A stretch of 46,617 bases of DNA, the filler included, from Sphacelaria rigidula (taxonomy: Eukaryota): NCBI GenBank assembly GCA_964200075.2. It is 2 parts of 2 records of this genome, joined end to end, with 100 filler letters (N's around TTAATTAATTAA, not from the genome) between each part and the next. Parts side by side here need not be neighbours in the genome. Positions count along the whole stretch, not along the records: positions 1 to 23,260 come from CAXNAA020000271.1; positions 23,361 to 46,617 come from CAXNAA020000272.1. One strand, written 5' to 3'. The translations under genes and the position numbers were made by a program. The notes below the pieces were generated by a model. The model did no database searches. It was not told where the DNA came from and was given only the letters and a program-made list of their open reading frames with translations. Shown here piece after piece: positions 12,601-24,523 of the stretch. Within the stretch, counting starts at the first letter, position 1; each line of letters opens with the position of its first letter.

Positions 12601-15600
12601 ATATATATATACCTTGTTGAGCCAGTAGGTGACGAAAACAGGCTTGGCCTGAGCCTTCTGACCCTTCGCGGCGGCCGCCTGGATCTCCGGAGATGTTCCC
12701 ATGTAGTTCCACGCCGACCACGCCGATCGCCTCGAGGGCATCAGTTTCTCGTCGCTGCACACCCACACCCACCATGACAAGAAAAAAAAAAGCAGAAAGG
12801 AAAATCAAGCAAACACGCTGTTGCTGTTAACCAACCAAACCTTGGACAATATGCAGAACTCTCCAACCACCTGCTTGCAGTAGCAGTATGGTCATTTTTG
12901 TGACGGAGGAGGACATTCCTTCTCGGTGAGTGTGAAATAAAAGCTGTGTATTGTGCTCCATGATTTGGATAGGGCACTCTGTTCGGTGCACACTACAAGC
13001 TGGTCGCAGAAAAACATGACAGGATCATGCGTCAAGCTTCCGCCCTTTTTAGTTCGGGAGCTATCGTTTGAAATGGCACGCGAAGGCTGCCACCCATCGA
13101 ACAAACAGCAGCGCTGCTCTCCATCCCTTATTTCATCGTCTGCTGTCGAGTGGACCGGCGGTTTCGCAATTTTGCACTAGTATTGGTCATTTTCCAAGAC
13201 TTCGAGTGATGGAAACCTGTCAGGATACAACATCCGAACAGTGATACAGCATGACTGTCTGTATCATGAGTCTAAACGTTTCCGAAGGCTTCACCTAATC
13301 ACTTCCGAAAACTTGGCGGGACGGAAATGATTCAGACAACAAGCAGGACATTTCTGGCCTTGAGGCGAGAAAACAATAGACCAAATTCAAAACGTCACGT
13401 GAACTGAACAATGGAGTAAACTAAACGCCCTGGACAATATATGGTCAACGGATGCAATAGACGGAAAATGTACTGGGTAAAGTATAGGCCTACTGCAAGT
13501 ATGGTCGGCCGACAATAGGGCCAATACTTTACTCAGTACTTTTTCCGTCTGTTGCATCTATTGACCAAATGTTGTCCAGGGTGTGGTAAACTCGACACCG
13601 AAACGGGTTCCTGCATCCTCCTTGACTTTTCACTAGCCCGGCATTATCGGAAATTGGGGGTCTCTGCGTTGTATTCCAATTATCAAATATTCTTCAGATG
13701 CTTCAATTACTTCAGAGATCGTTAGCCCCTTTTGATGGCATTTGTCATGCCATGACGGATATAAGGCGTCTGGGCTGTTCTCGGTGATGAAAACAGGGAG
13801 TCATTAAAAAAAAAACATGTTTTCCAATGCACATGGTTGTTTTCCCCTCATTACATTGCTCGCTTCCATTCCAAACCTGGAAAGTGCGTAGACGCGGCCG
13901 AAAATCAGAACTGCTGCTTAGTTCATGCGGTTTGGTGGCACGCACAGCCTGAATACAGCACACGGCACGACCAACTGCACTGCACGTAAATAGGTATTGC
14001 TGCTCTTACAGGTGGTCATGACGTGATTGGGCGATTGGCCTGCTGGCATAATGACATGTAATGGGAATGTGGGATGTAGAATATGGGCTCCAAACCGCCT
14101 AGCATGAAAACATCGTCCTTTTATTCCAACAGCTGGGAAATGGAAAATGAAGTCTGCAAAAGAACCCGCATCGTTATGGACGACCCTGAATCCGGAGATA
14201 TACTTCCGATCGACGCAATTCGGGTGTTTGTCTTGTAATCTCGGCACCAAGTGGATATACGGTATGCTAGCTCCATCGTACTGACTGTGCACGCCAACAG
14301 AAAAGCGGTGAAGACATTTTGCGCTCATTCGGTGGGACCAGCTAGTGAGACATAAACTACTCTCGAGCCTCGTGCCCAACCCACGAGTTTCTCTCTCGAA
14401 CTGGCCGGAAGCAAAAACCCAAAAAATAACACTGAAAACAAAATCCCGAGAAATAGAGAGGGAAACGTTCATCACAAGACTACTCAAATGGATATGAAAG
14501 ACACGGGCAGGGAGAGAAAAAAAACGCAGGCAACCGTACCTGTGCACGTAGACAATATTTTCGGAACACTCGAACCGTTCGAGTGCAGCCCTCTCCTCGC
14601 AAGAAGCTTCTTCTCCTACGATACGCAACGCAGTGGGCGCTGGACAAGCAAAAATAACCTACAGTAACGGACGCGTGACACAGAGAGAGAGGAACAGAAC
14701 GGTGAAATTCATAAGTATCCGCCAGAATCCCGGGTTAAAGTCGAGCGGAGCGAACAACATACTTGCGTGCTGCAGTTTTTGTTGATTTTCCGGTGCGACA
14801 ATACAAAATATCCCGCTATGGATATGAAAAAACGCATGGCTTTGATCAAAATATCCTTAAAACATTGAGAGAGCGACAAACACCCCTCCAGCACACCTCC
14901 CATATTTCGAGGTACAACATGCTGGCGTCTGTACGAACTGCACCCCACACCCCAATACTGTTCAAAACTCGATGACGTCTGAGCTACCCGCCTCCCCCCC
15001 CACCCGCCCCCCTAGACGACACTTCTGTCTCACTTCATCTTTTGGTTCATCAATCCTTGCTACAGTGCCCGGAAGGGTGTATACGTACAGTAACACACAT
15101 CAGTTAATTTCTGAAATCAACAGTCAAGCAACCGATATCATGCAGACTACCCTACATGGACGCGCATTACAGTCATTATCCGGAGGATGTACACGTGATA
15201 TTGCCATTGTTCGGCGTATGTCCCTTCCCCCCACGCGCCCCCTCCGACCTCGCTGCATACGTGTTCTCTCGTGGTAGTCCCAGTACACACCTCATCGAAA
15301 ACCCTGCTAGCCCCCTTGCTGTCGACCACTTCCCACCCGGCAGTCGTTGCTGCCATTTCCGGCGACAGCTTCTTGACGCTGACACAAGCTGTTTCCAGCT
15401 CTATCTTGTCCTCCCCTATCCGCCGGCAGATTTCCGTTACGTATTGTCGTGATCTGCTTGCGGGTGTCTTCCACTGCGGCCGTCCGAATACCTGGGGAGT
15501 GTTTGTTATCGTAAGCATAAGTACTTCTTCTCGCAAAAGCTCGTCGCCTATCATAAGAGCAGAGGGGTAAGAAACTCGTTTGCGATGCTCATGACCCGCC

Positions 15601-18600
15601 CTTTCCAGGAAACGGGGTCAACGGGGACAACACGGCGGACATTTTATACGCATGTCCGACTACGTGAGAAGATTCGTATGTTCAACTTATTCAGTAAAAC
15701 TCTTGCATGCTGTGGACGCAGAGGGGTCGAGGTTAAGACAGATTGGGCAAAAAGGTCAACTACCAGACCCCAAACGGCCGGCTTGTGCCGCGAAACTAGA
15801 CCAAATGCGACACACTAACCGATATCCATCAGGAGTCCGAATAAGGGGGGGGAGGGGGAGGGGAGCGCTTGTCTGCTTTCAGGAGAACCAGAGCTGAGTG
15901 GGACCGACACATACAATAGTGGCAGAGCAATTGGTCGGCCTGTGCGATAAATCTGGGCCATGTAGAAAAGGCTTCTTACATTCACGCCCCTCACTATGTA
16001 GGCTGGGCGACCAAGTTACAGTTTTGTTTTGCGCCTGCGTTTTTTTGGCGGTAACCATGATGATGGTCGACCGACATCATTGTGTGCGGGGTCGGAGACC
16101 TCAATTCCGCGCAAAGGGAATTATCATACCACGTAGTGCTCAGATGGTGAGACATCGATCAGGCAGTGTATAGCTCATGACTGTCTCTGAAAGTGGCGAT
16201 GGCAGAAAATGAAGCAATTCATTGGAGGCGGTCATCCATATACAAGAGTATCACCACGCTACGGGCCGAACAACTTTAGGAGGACGCAGCACACCCTTCA
16301 TGCGACTCGCCGAAAACATCACGGCGCTTCGCGCTTGGTGATTGATTGCGAGTCTGGTCCGGCGGAAACCCGGCCTGCTCCGCCCCGGCTTTGTAGGGAT
16401 CTGAGGTCAATGGTTATTTGACTACGGCATGAAAGTTCAAGAATAGACCCCCCCCTTACAATCCTCACCTGCGAGGTTAATGGTCTTATGACTGTGGCAT
16501 GGATGATCATGAGTACACCCCCCCCCTCCCCCCGAGGCCTACTTCGTTCATTTGCGGCCTCTCTGCTTCCACAATCGAAAGAGGTGTTGTCGTGTTACGT
16601 TAAAATGCGGAACAACCCCTGACACCTTCGTTACTCGGACGCCCGCAGTATATATGGTTCACAGTGTCATTGCCAACCGATGCCAACCAGATAGGGTCCC
16701 CTAGAGAGGCCCCCGGGGGAGGGGGGAATAAATTGCGACGCAAATTGCTGGCCTGTGCCGGGAAACAAGACCAGATAAAAGAAAACGACCGACCGTCTGA
16801 AAATGCGATATTTTCCGGAACGATGTCCCGGCCAACATTCACCGCCGGAGAACCCCTACGGGTTGCTCGCGAGGGTCATTCCCACGACAAGACACCGTAT
16901 CACCTGCCAACTGAAAGAGCAGGCAGCTTCTCATCGTTGGACCTCGGGGTTCAACAATGATCCGGCTAAAATAACGGAAGACAGGGGGAAAAAAAAAAAG
17001 ACAACACACCTGCAGCATCTGATGATTGTGGAAGAAGCTGATCATGGCCAAGGCGCTGTGGTTCATCACGTCTGCCGCACTGGCACTCCACAATGCGGCG
17101 GCCATGGGCACCAGATAAAACCGAGCGAAGGACTCCGAAAAGCCGTGGGTCTTCAGGTACTCTCGGACGCTAACTGCCTGAAACGTACAGGCGAAGGAGC
17201 GGGGAGGACTCAACATAGAGTCGCCCTCATCGGCTGAGGCACTCATCACACGAGGAGGGACACCTATTTGGTGTGCTCGACTAGAGAACATGACTTGAAT
17301 GAGCAAGAGAGTGACCAGTGACGCCAACCTGAAACTCCGAACCACCGTGAGAGCTTAAACACTGCAAGGGCAGGTCGAGTAGGGTACACTCAAAATTTTG
17401 TTGCTTTCAAAAGTCGCACATCACAAGCGCCAAGTCACAGTCACAATGCCTTGTACGGGCTCTCGAGAGGGTAACAACAGCGCTGGCGGGCTGCTGCGCC
17501 ATGGCCTGGGTCGGATCTCCGCTTTTCAAAATACCAAGATATCGAGAATATTCTACTCCACCTTCTCTTGGAACACTGTCGGTACCCACGCTCATGGTAA
17601 GGGACGAATATCTGATCTCAGCATCATGACTGGACGAAGTTACATGGACACAAAAACACGATATACTTGATAAGAAGCTTCGACAGAAGGAAACGCGAAG
17701 TGCGCCCTTGTCATGGCTTCGTGAAAAAGGTACAAGGCGTGTGTGTCAAGGCGACGAGCCAACCACAACATGAAACTTGTTACACGATGACAGTATAATT
17801 TTGTTCGCCATTTTTTCTACCGCCACCCCCCTCCTCAATGTCAATACAGGCCCATAGTCTCAGGGAAGTGACCCGTCGCTTCCCCGGCACTCACTCTATA
17901 TTGCTTATCTATATTGCGGTATAGATGCTCAGGCGTTCAGTAACCTCCTATGAATGGATGATGACTGACAACAAATAACGAGTGGGCGGTGTAGAGCGAG
18001 AAAAGGTGATCTTGCAATTCGTTCCAAGCCCATGACACCAGTGTACGGGAGAGTGTGGCCCAAAATAGAGAGAGGTGAAAACGTCCCTACAAAAACGGTA
18101 ACCTGGGTGGCTAGCTTACGCTGTGAGTAGCGTGTTTAACAGCGTCGTTGTCAACTGACACCAACCTAACGAGGGAGCGAGGCAGTCAAAAGTTAAGGCG
18201 TCGAGGGCACGTTCGTGAAGTTCCTCGGGTTCCGCGAATCCAGGAAGCTAGACAACATCCACGGGAGGTCATCCCCCATGACAAACTCCTTGCTCTCTGT
18301 CACACCCCCAGGGCGAGGTTCACACCCTCCACGACTAACAGCCGGTGTGCGCTTCACACTGCATCCACAAACCTAGCTTCTTCACCTGAAGGACGGGCAG
18401 AATGCCCGCACTACGGTAGTCAGTCTTCCTGGGGAGCAAAGTGCTGTTGAATGTGCTCATGTTTTTTTTTCTCTCCTACGGTACCCCTTCCTTTATTTTC
18501 GTTTTTCCTTCACTCGAGTTTTGTTCAGCGACTTTTACTGTTCTCCTCAACTCAACAACGTCGACCTCGTCATATTACGGCTGTATTCGATAATACTGGA

Positions 18601-21600
18601 CGTAAGAGATGAGCAACTGTAGTAGACTCAATCAGCCGATCAATGTGTTCGTGTGGACTACCTCATGTACTGTGCCCAGTATGAGCCATCATATCAATGG
18701 GAATCATGATCAGAACTGCCTGTCGCAACTTTCGAAACGCAGCCACTGCGTACCCCATGGACTAAAGACATTCACGACAGGGAATACCTTTTCGTATTTA
18801 GGCTTGTATCGATTATGCTTGCACCGATTCTTCTTTCAATTATTGGAGCATATAAAAGCGGGGGTATTACCATAACAAGTAGACCCCTGTTCGTCTTATA
18901 CCTCCCTGGAACCGTATCGAACCTCTTCGGGAGTGCTCCCTACCTCATGAGGAATGTATTTTACTTTTTTTGGGGTCTTACCATACCTGGGGGGACTGCA
19001 TGGTATATTTCTGAGACTGCCTTGTACATTTTCTCGACCGAAATCTACCGCAGGTTGTGGGAGATGACACAACACCAGTGATGAAGATTTCTCCTGCAGA
19101 TGTGCCATCACGACCTCTTCAACTTCAGCAAAACCCATGGAATTTGTTTTCGTCACCTGGCGGAACGATGTCACTCCCCATTTTGACGATATACATTTGG
19201 TGTCGGCGAAGTGCTGTCAGTATCACATTTCCCTGACAGAGATCCCTATTTCAGGCACCTGTCAGCCTCCATGAGGCTGTGCCTCAACGGTATCACCGTT
19301 CTCGTGGTTACATACCGTTCTGGGGATATACCCCTTCTGAGGATGCACCACTGTACCTTTCTAGGGTCGTCATCTTCGAGCAGCAGCAAACGCGGAGCTT
19401 CTCGATTAAACCGGGTCATTTCCCTCAGCATGCTGTGGAAACCCCAAGAGAAGGCGTTTCGCTTACGGGCGAACAGCGACGATATCCCCTTGCTTCCCCA
19501 CTCCACGGCTCCGTCATCCAAGCTCACGCTGGTGGTGGTTGTGCGCGCGCCAACGCAGGATGTGCGTCGGAGAGGGGGTGAAAGCATCGTAACTCGTTCC
19601 GAAATTGCCAACAAAATGCACGCCAGGGTTTAGAGGTTAGTGTCGGGAGCGAGGGATAAGGCATCATCGAAAATGGTTATAATTATTTCATCATAGTGCA
19701 TGCCATGCGTCAGAGGGCTGCTGGAAGCGAGTGGAGTACTGCATGACACATTGTTCCAACAGCACCATCGTAGGACATATCATGCGTCACAGTGAGGGGG
19801 GCGTACTCATTTGTTGCTTGCCTTAGTCGTTTGACCATTGACCACGCATCCCTTTCGAGACGGAGTGGGGGGGAGGGTGAGCTCATGATCATGCATGCCA
19901 TTGTCAGGTGTAGGTGTCGGGGGGAATAAGTCGTGGGGGTTCGTTTCAAAATCGTCATCAAAACTGCACGCCAGGAAAAAAAGTGAAAGCGAAAACAACA
20001 CCGACTAGTTATCATCCTAGGGTTTGACCCAGGATGGGGGTGGGGGGCGATTCAAGATATGTATATATTCTCACGGCGGGGTTTGTTCTCGGTGTGTCTC
20101 GAGGCTCCTGCATCAACTCGGAGGCCAAGGCGAAAATTCTTCTGCTGGACAGCTACAAGACTCTATTTTTCTGCTGCGGTTCATCATACTTCCACTCCCA
20201 CCAACTCCAATTAACACCTACTTCATCGGGAGACGTGAAGGGTGTCGAGTGATCTTCCCACTTCTTCCTCGATACTACGCTTGGACAACTACCATGCACC
20301 GACCGTCGTATGTCCTGCATTTCCGCCGCCCGCCGAAAAAACCGTCAAAGGACAAAACATCACCAAGAAACTCTTGCCGTCCTCCCGAGAATCGAACCCC
20401 TACTTCTGTCGTGTCTAGACTCCTTGGTCCCGCCAGCGAGTCGGCCCAAAGACAGTGCACAGGTGAGCCACCGCTCAATGCCCGCCAGTCATCTACCAAG
20501 TAATCAGGATTCCAATTCAAATATAGACACACTTCGACCGCTCCGAGGGTCGAAGATCCGGTCAAGAATTCCCAAGGCATGCTCACCTCTAGCAGCGTAT
20601 TTTTCATCACCTACTCCTCACATAGGTTGACTGCGGCCCACAAACCCCAACCCTGGACATGACCCCAACCCTAACTCAGGCGGGGAGCCGTCGGGTAACG
20701 GCAAAGGAGAGAACCCCACCCGCGCCGGAAAAAAACGCGCACTGGGTGAGAACGGCGCTCAGTGCAAACCCGTATGTTCAAGATGCGCCCGATCAGTGAC
20801 CTTAGCTACGAAGGACTATTGTTTGCTGTCGAGGGGGTTAAATGGATAGGTGGGAGTATTGCGTTTTCCTCTCGTGGGGAGGAGAGTATGAGAAGCTGCT
20901 CAAACTTTTCCGCATGACCTGTGATACGCATTGCCAACCTACGTGCGGGCAGGACTCGAAGATAGACTTTCAATTCTCCTAGAAACTCATCGTGACAAAT
21001 GTCATGATCGATACCTGCGCACAGGGTTGTATTAGGTTTACACGGAAATCGGCACATATAAATTTAGTGGTCATTGGATGATGACTCGTACTAGCCGGGT
21101 TATCCCGAAGAGTGTGCACGAAAATTAATGCTCCTCGTCAGCAGACGATCTAAACTGGACAATGAGCGTTGTTTTCAGTAAGACTCATAATCACCGACAC
21201 TGTTTTTCCCGACACATCCGAAACTTTCGGGACTGGCAGGGCACCCGATGCCCCCTCAACACTGACGAGCGCCGCGGCGTACGCACAGGGCAGCTATCCG
21301 AAGTGCTCCGTTGCCGTCCGAATTCTTCGGACGGGTTGAAAAATGGAGCTTCGGAGAAAAAATCAAGCTGCTTCATTCTCCGAGTAATGAGGACGCAGGG
21401 TTCGAAAAGTTCAACACATTCTGACATACCTGAAAAGACAGTGTCGATAACCCTACCTTCGTGTACTCAATTTCGTGGACGACCATGATCCATACTAAAG
21501 CATTATTGGCTTGAATGATTCGATCATTTGTGCGCACGTTAACTCATGCCCCGGGGATCAAGCCGTCGTCACATGGTGAATGTACCCGACATGAAAAAAA

Positions 21601-22695
21601 AAATAGAACCACTCCCTAAAGAAATAATGAAAAAAACACAGTAAAGTAAAACAGAGGGTAGACGAAGAGAGAGAAAAAAATGACGAAAACAAACAAGGAT
21701 GATATTTTGATATTCGATTTTTAGATAGTCATCTGCACTCAAAGTACATACCGGTCGCCCCGGTAGCTAAGTTGGTAACCTCGAACCATCTGACAGCTCT
21801 TTCATGAGTTCGAATCTCGGTGAAGTCACACGATCTGGGATTTTCTTCACATCACGCCCAACAGTGGGGAGTGGAGAGCGAACCATGCCATGAGTACACA
21901 ACCTTCCAAGGGTCGGAAGAATTCATGATTCGCCTGGATATTACTTGACTCAAGTGTAAGTGATTCCTACCGTACGAATTAATCCTTGGCCTTTGTTGTC
22001 AGCGTTGCAACCCGGGTACGCGCGGCCCAGGCACGTGGAATGGCGAAAAGATTGCGTGGAGCCCATTTCGCCCAGCGGTCAACTTTTTTTCTCTCTTTTG
22101 AGCGATTACGCCTGAAAAATCGTAGATTTAGTGCTTCGAATCGGCGATGATTCGTGACGAACCGTGCAGTTGACCTTCGCTTTCACGGTCGACGAGGGGA
22201 ACGGATCGTCGAACTCTTCTCGCCAAAAAAGGTGAGCGTGCGTCGCATAAGGAAGGTGGGTGGGCTACAAGTGAAAAAAAATCCGAAAATCCGAAAATAA
22301 ACTCCTGTGTCGACCTTCTTCCCGTGTGACCCCGGCTGATGCACCCAAATATATCGCAATAAAGAATCTGGGGTCTACAATATAAGAGATGGCAACACAC
22401 AACATTCCGTACGATGTACGCTGGAATCCGTATACTTGATACGTGGGGGAAGATTTTCACTGTACACAGCATTCGATCAATGCGCACCAAAATTTTAAAT
22501 TTGGTGTGTCTGACGTCTGGATAATAACCTCATCATGTCCTGTCTCCGTGCGCACGGCGCACGGTTTACGAAGAGTAAGTCGTCGAGGTCGCGCCCACCC
22601 ACCTGAACGACATGTCCGTATTTTCACCCTCCACCCCCAACTCTTGGAACAAGCCCACCATATTGGGATAGTTCTCCTCGTTGAACACCATGAAC
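3221..22695 (-). CDS. Fusion protein: FAD-dependent amine-oxidase/desaturase-like domain plus cyclopropane-fatty-acyl-phospholipid synthase (SAM methyltransferase)-like domain; partial at both ends
   Basis: 11 GT-AG exons in consistent phase, 5'->3': 22695-22603, 19528-19357, 17177-17010, 15491-15291, 14658-14540, 12754-12613, 10460-10254, 9005-8607, 7372-7188, 4099-3973, 3417-3221 (2010 nt). Oxidase motifs: GFMVFNEENYPN...TDMSFSVS; YLVPMAAALWS...FFHNHQML; YVHSDEKLMP..AWSAWNY; VTYWLNKLQ; WFCGAWRGYGFHEDGLRSG. CFA-synthase motifs: LGLARSYMAGEW; SRSNIEAHYDLSNDLFKIFLD..MLYSSGVF. The GxGxxG exon and the SAM-binding core are not in the window. Confidence 0.9.
4255..4310. repeat. 28-bp tandem duplication (intronic)
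   Basis: GTATAGTGACTGCAGGTATTGATCGATA followed by GTATAGTGACTGCGGGTATTGATCGAGA. Confidence 0.8.
5840..5903 (+). repeat. Dispersed ~65-bp repeat (family Y) copy
   Basis: GCGTACTCATTTGTTGCTTGCCTTAGTC...CCATTGACCACGCATCCCTTTCGAGACGGA. Near-identical copies at 19801-19865 and 32735-32800, reverse copy at ~30953-31022. Confidence 0.85.
10913..10975 (+). repeat. Dispersed repeat with (CAAT)n tail (family X), retroposon 3'-end-like
   Basis: ACCACGGCTGGACCCCTGGGG...GTGCGACAATCAATCAATCAAACC. Copies at ~12410-12458 and 25525-25586; reverse copies at ~8160-8240 and ~41721-41793. Confidence 0.8.
11540..11583. repeat. (CAGTA)n-type pentamer microsatellite
   Basis: GTACAGTACAGTCCAGTACAGTACAGCACAGTACAGTACAGTG. 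Confidence 0.8.
13428..13581. repeat. 154-nt fold-back with ~63-bp arms (MITE or pre-miRNA candidate), intronic
   Basis: CCCTGGACAATATATGGTCAACGGATGCAATAGACGGAAAATGTACTGGGTAAAGTATAGGCC pairs with GGCCAATACTTTACTCAGTACTTTTTCCGTCTGTTGCATCTATTGACCAAATGTTGTCCAGGG, with 8 differences. Confidence 0.85.
16296..16520 (+). repeat. Dispersed ~150-220-bp repeat (family Z, related to family Y)
   Basis: TTCATGCGACTCGCC...CATCACGGCGCTTCGCGC...TGGTCCGGCG...CCCGG...TTTGTAG...GAGGTCAA...GACTA.GGCATG. Homologous to 45481-45631 and, reversed, to 33535-33820. Confidence 0.8.
19801..19865 (+). repeat. Family Y repeat copy
   Basis: Almost identical to 5840-5903. Confidence 0.85.
21751..22160 (+). mobile_element. 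tRNA-headed SINE-like element
   Basis: Pol III A box TAGCTAAGTTGG (21764-21775) and B box GAGTTCGAATC (21806-21816). Head CCGGTCGCCCCGGT...AGTTGGTAACCTCG...CGATCTGGGAT is shared with 23156-23245. The segment 21960-22160 resembles 29354-29557. The 3' boundary is approximate. Confidence 0.65.
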
Positions 22696-23155
22696 CTGCG
22701 CGGAGGAAACAAGATTGCCAGGGTTTGTTTTCGGTCATATTCCAACAAGTCAGCGACGCACGGGTTGACGAACGTGAACAGACACAGGGTGTAATCGAAT
22801 AATAAACCATTGCCGCGGACCCCAATATAAATACAGCCATAAATGCACGAGACTTCCCTTCCCTCCTCACCGTTGTAGCGATTAAATATTTTCGGAACAT
22901 TTTCCTCCTGCTTCTCTTGCCCTGGTTTTATCACTGTATCATCCTGCTTCCATTACTGTTATGAGTCGGAATGAGGGCCGATTTTGAGTACTATATTTTC
23001 GGGAAAGTGTGCACCGACCACCTTTTGCGGAAGAAATGAAGCCTAGATGAGCCAATCGGTATCGATCACCATAACACGCGTCACTTGAAATGACTACCAC
23101 GCTCATACAAAATGTACTACTCCGAAGTATTATTTTAGTACCTTCAACAAAACAA

Positions 23156-23260
23156 CCGGTCGCCCCGGTGGCGCAGTTGGTAACCTCGTAACCTTCTTAC
23201 GGTTGAGTAGCGGGGTTTGACTCCCGGAGCGATCTGGGATCTTTTCTAGATAGGAAGAAA
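23156..23260 (+). mobile_element. tRNA-headed SINE-like element, cut by contig end
   Basis: A box TGGCGCAGTTGG (23169-23180) and B-box-like GGTTTGACTCC (23214-23224). Same head as 21751. Confidence 0.65.
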
Positions 23261-23360
23261 NNNNNNNNNNNNNNNNNNNNNNNNNNNNNNNNNNNNNNNN
23301 NNNNTTAATTAATTAANNNNNNNNNNNNNNNNNNNNNNNNNNNNNNNNNNNNNNNNNNNN
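23261..23360. other. Artificial contig-joining spacer
   Basis: 44 N + TTAATTAATTAA (stops in all six frames) + 44 N = exactly 100 nt. The genes on both sides are truncated here. Confidence 0.95.
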
Positions 23361-23592
23361 GGGGGGGCAAGGACCAGGGCGCCCGCTGATTGGGCCCAAG
23401 CTTTTTTTCGAAGAATGGGGGGGGGGGGGGGGGGGGGAGGGGTATAGATAAAAGAGTACGACCAAACGAAATGAAGGGGAGGAAACTAGGATTTGTTCCG
23501 CTACTTTCGTACCCAAACCGTTATCCTGTATAGCGAGAGAAAACTATAAGGAAAGCAAGGTGGAAAGGAGGATCACTCCCCTGCTCGTGTAC

Positions 23593-24467
23593 CTGAGAGA
23601 TGGCATGGTTGCCCAGGGGGTCATTGGTGTTGTCCATGCGGAATCGCTGGGGCGTCTGGACGAAAGCGATCTGCATCCAGAATAGGGTTGCACCCAGCAC
23701 ATCAAGAGCAGGAGATGGGGGGAGGGGAGGGGGTGTTATCGCGGTATATTTAGCTGTGAAAAAAAATCAGACAACTGGGAGATGACTGGATGCATATCTG
23801 TATCCATCAACCCTTCGGCGGTGAGCGTAGACTATCTGTTGAATCGACATCGATTTCACTTGAAAGAAGTATGCACATGATTCAGATGGACGACCCTCGC
23901 AGTTAAACCGTTAAGGGGGCGCAAACAAGACGAAGGGATATGTCAGGAAAAGATAAATACTCGAGAAGTTCTCAGTACTACAAAACAAGAAACGAGTAGT
24001 CAAAAATCAAAGGTAAAGTCAACGCACATGCCTCACTCGGAACCGTACATTCCATCATGCATGGTACAACGTGTACAAACGTCTCCATACTGTAGCTTGA
24101 ATTTTGATGTACCGATAATGCTACAGTTATTCACCATTATCGACACTTTTACGGTCAACACCCCAATAGCCTCGTAGTGAAAGGCTCAACCGAGCGACCG
24201 GTACAGCAGCCATCCAACGCAGTTTGAAATGTTATCAACAGTATCCGACGTCCACATGTTCACTCCCTCAATTTCGTTCCTTTCTTGTGTGTGTGTGTGC
24301 GTGCGTGTGGAGGGGGGGGGGGGGGGGGGGGGGGGGAACAAAAGCCCACCCAAAAATGGAAAACAGGGAACAGAAAAAAAAGGGCCACAAAAGANNNNNN
24401 NNNNTTGGGTTGAGTTTCTGGGCGATGGTCGCCGTTGTTCTTGTTGTTTCCTCGGTGGCTTGGGGGG

Positions 24468-24523
<56 letters not shown>

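Noticed and set aside
20100..20260. ILLLDSY / ILPLPP words reminiscent of a pogo DDE transposase
   Set aside because: They are in different frames and too short, with no QPLD motif or TIRs.
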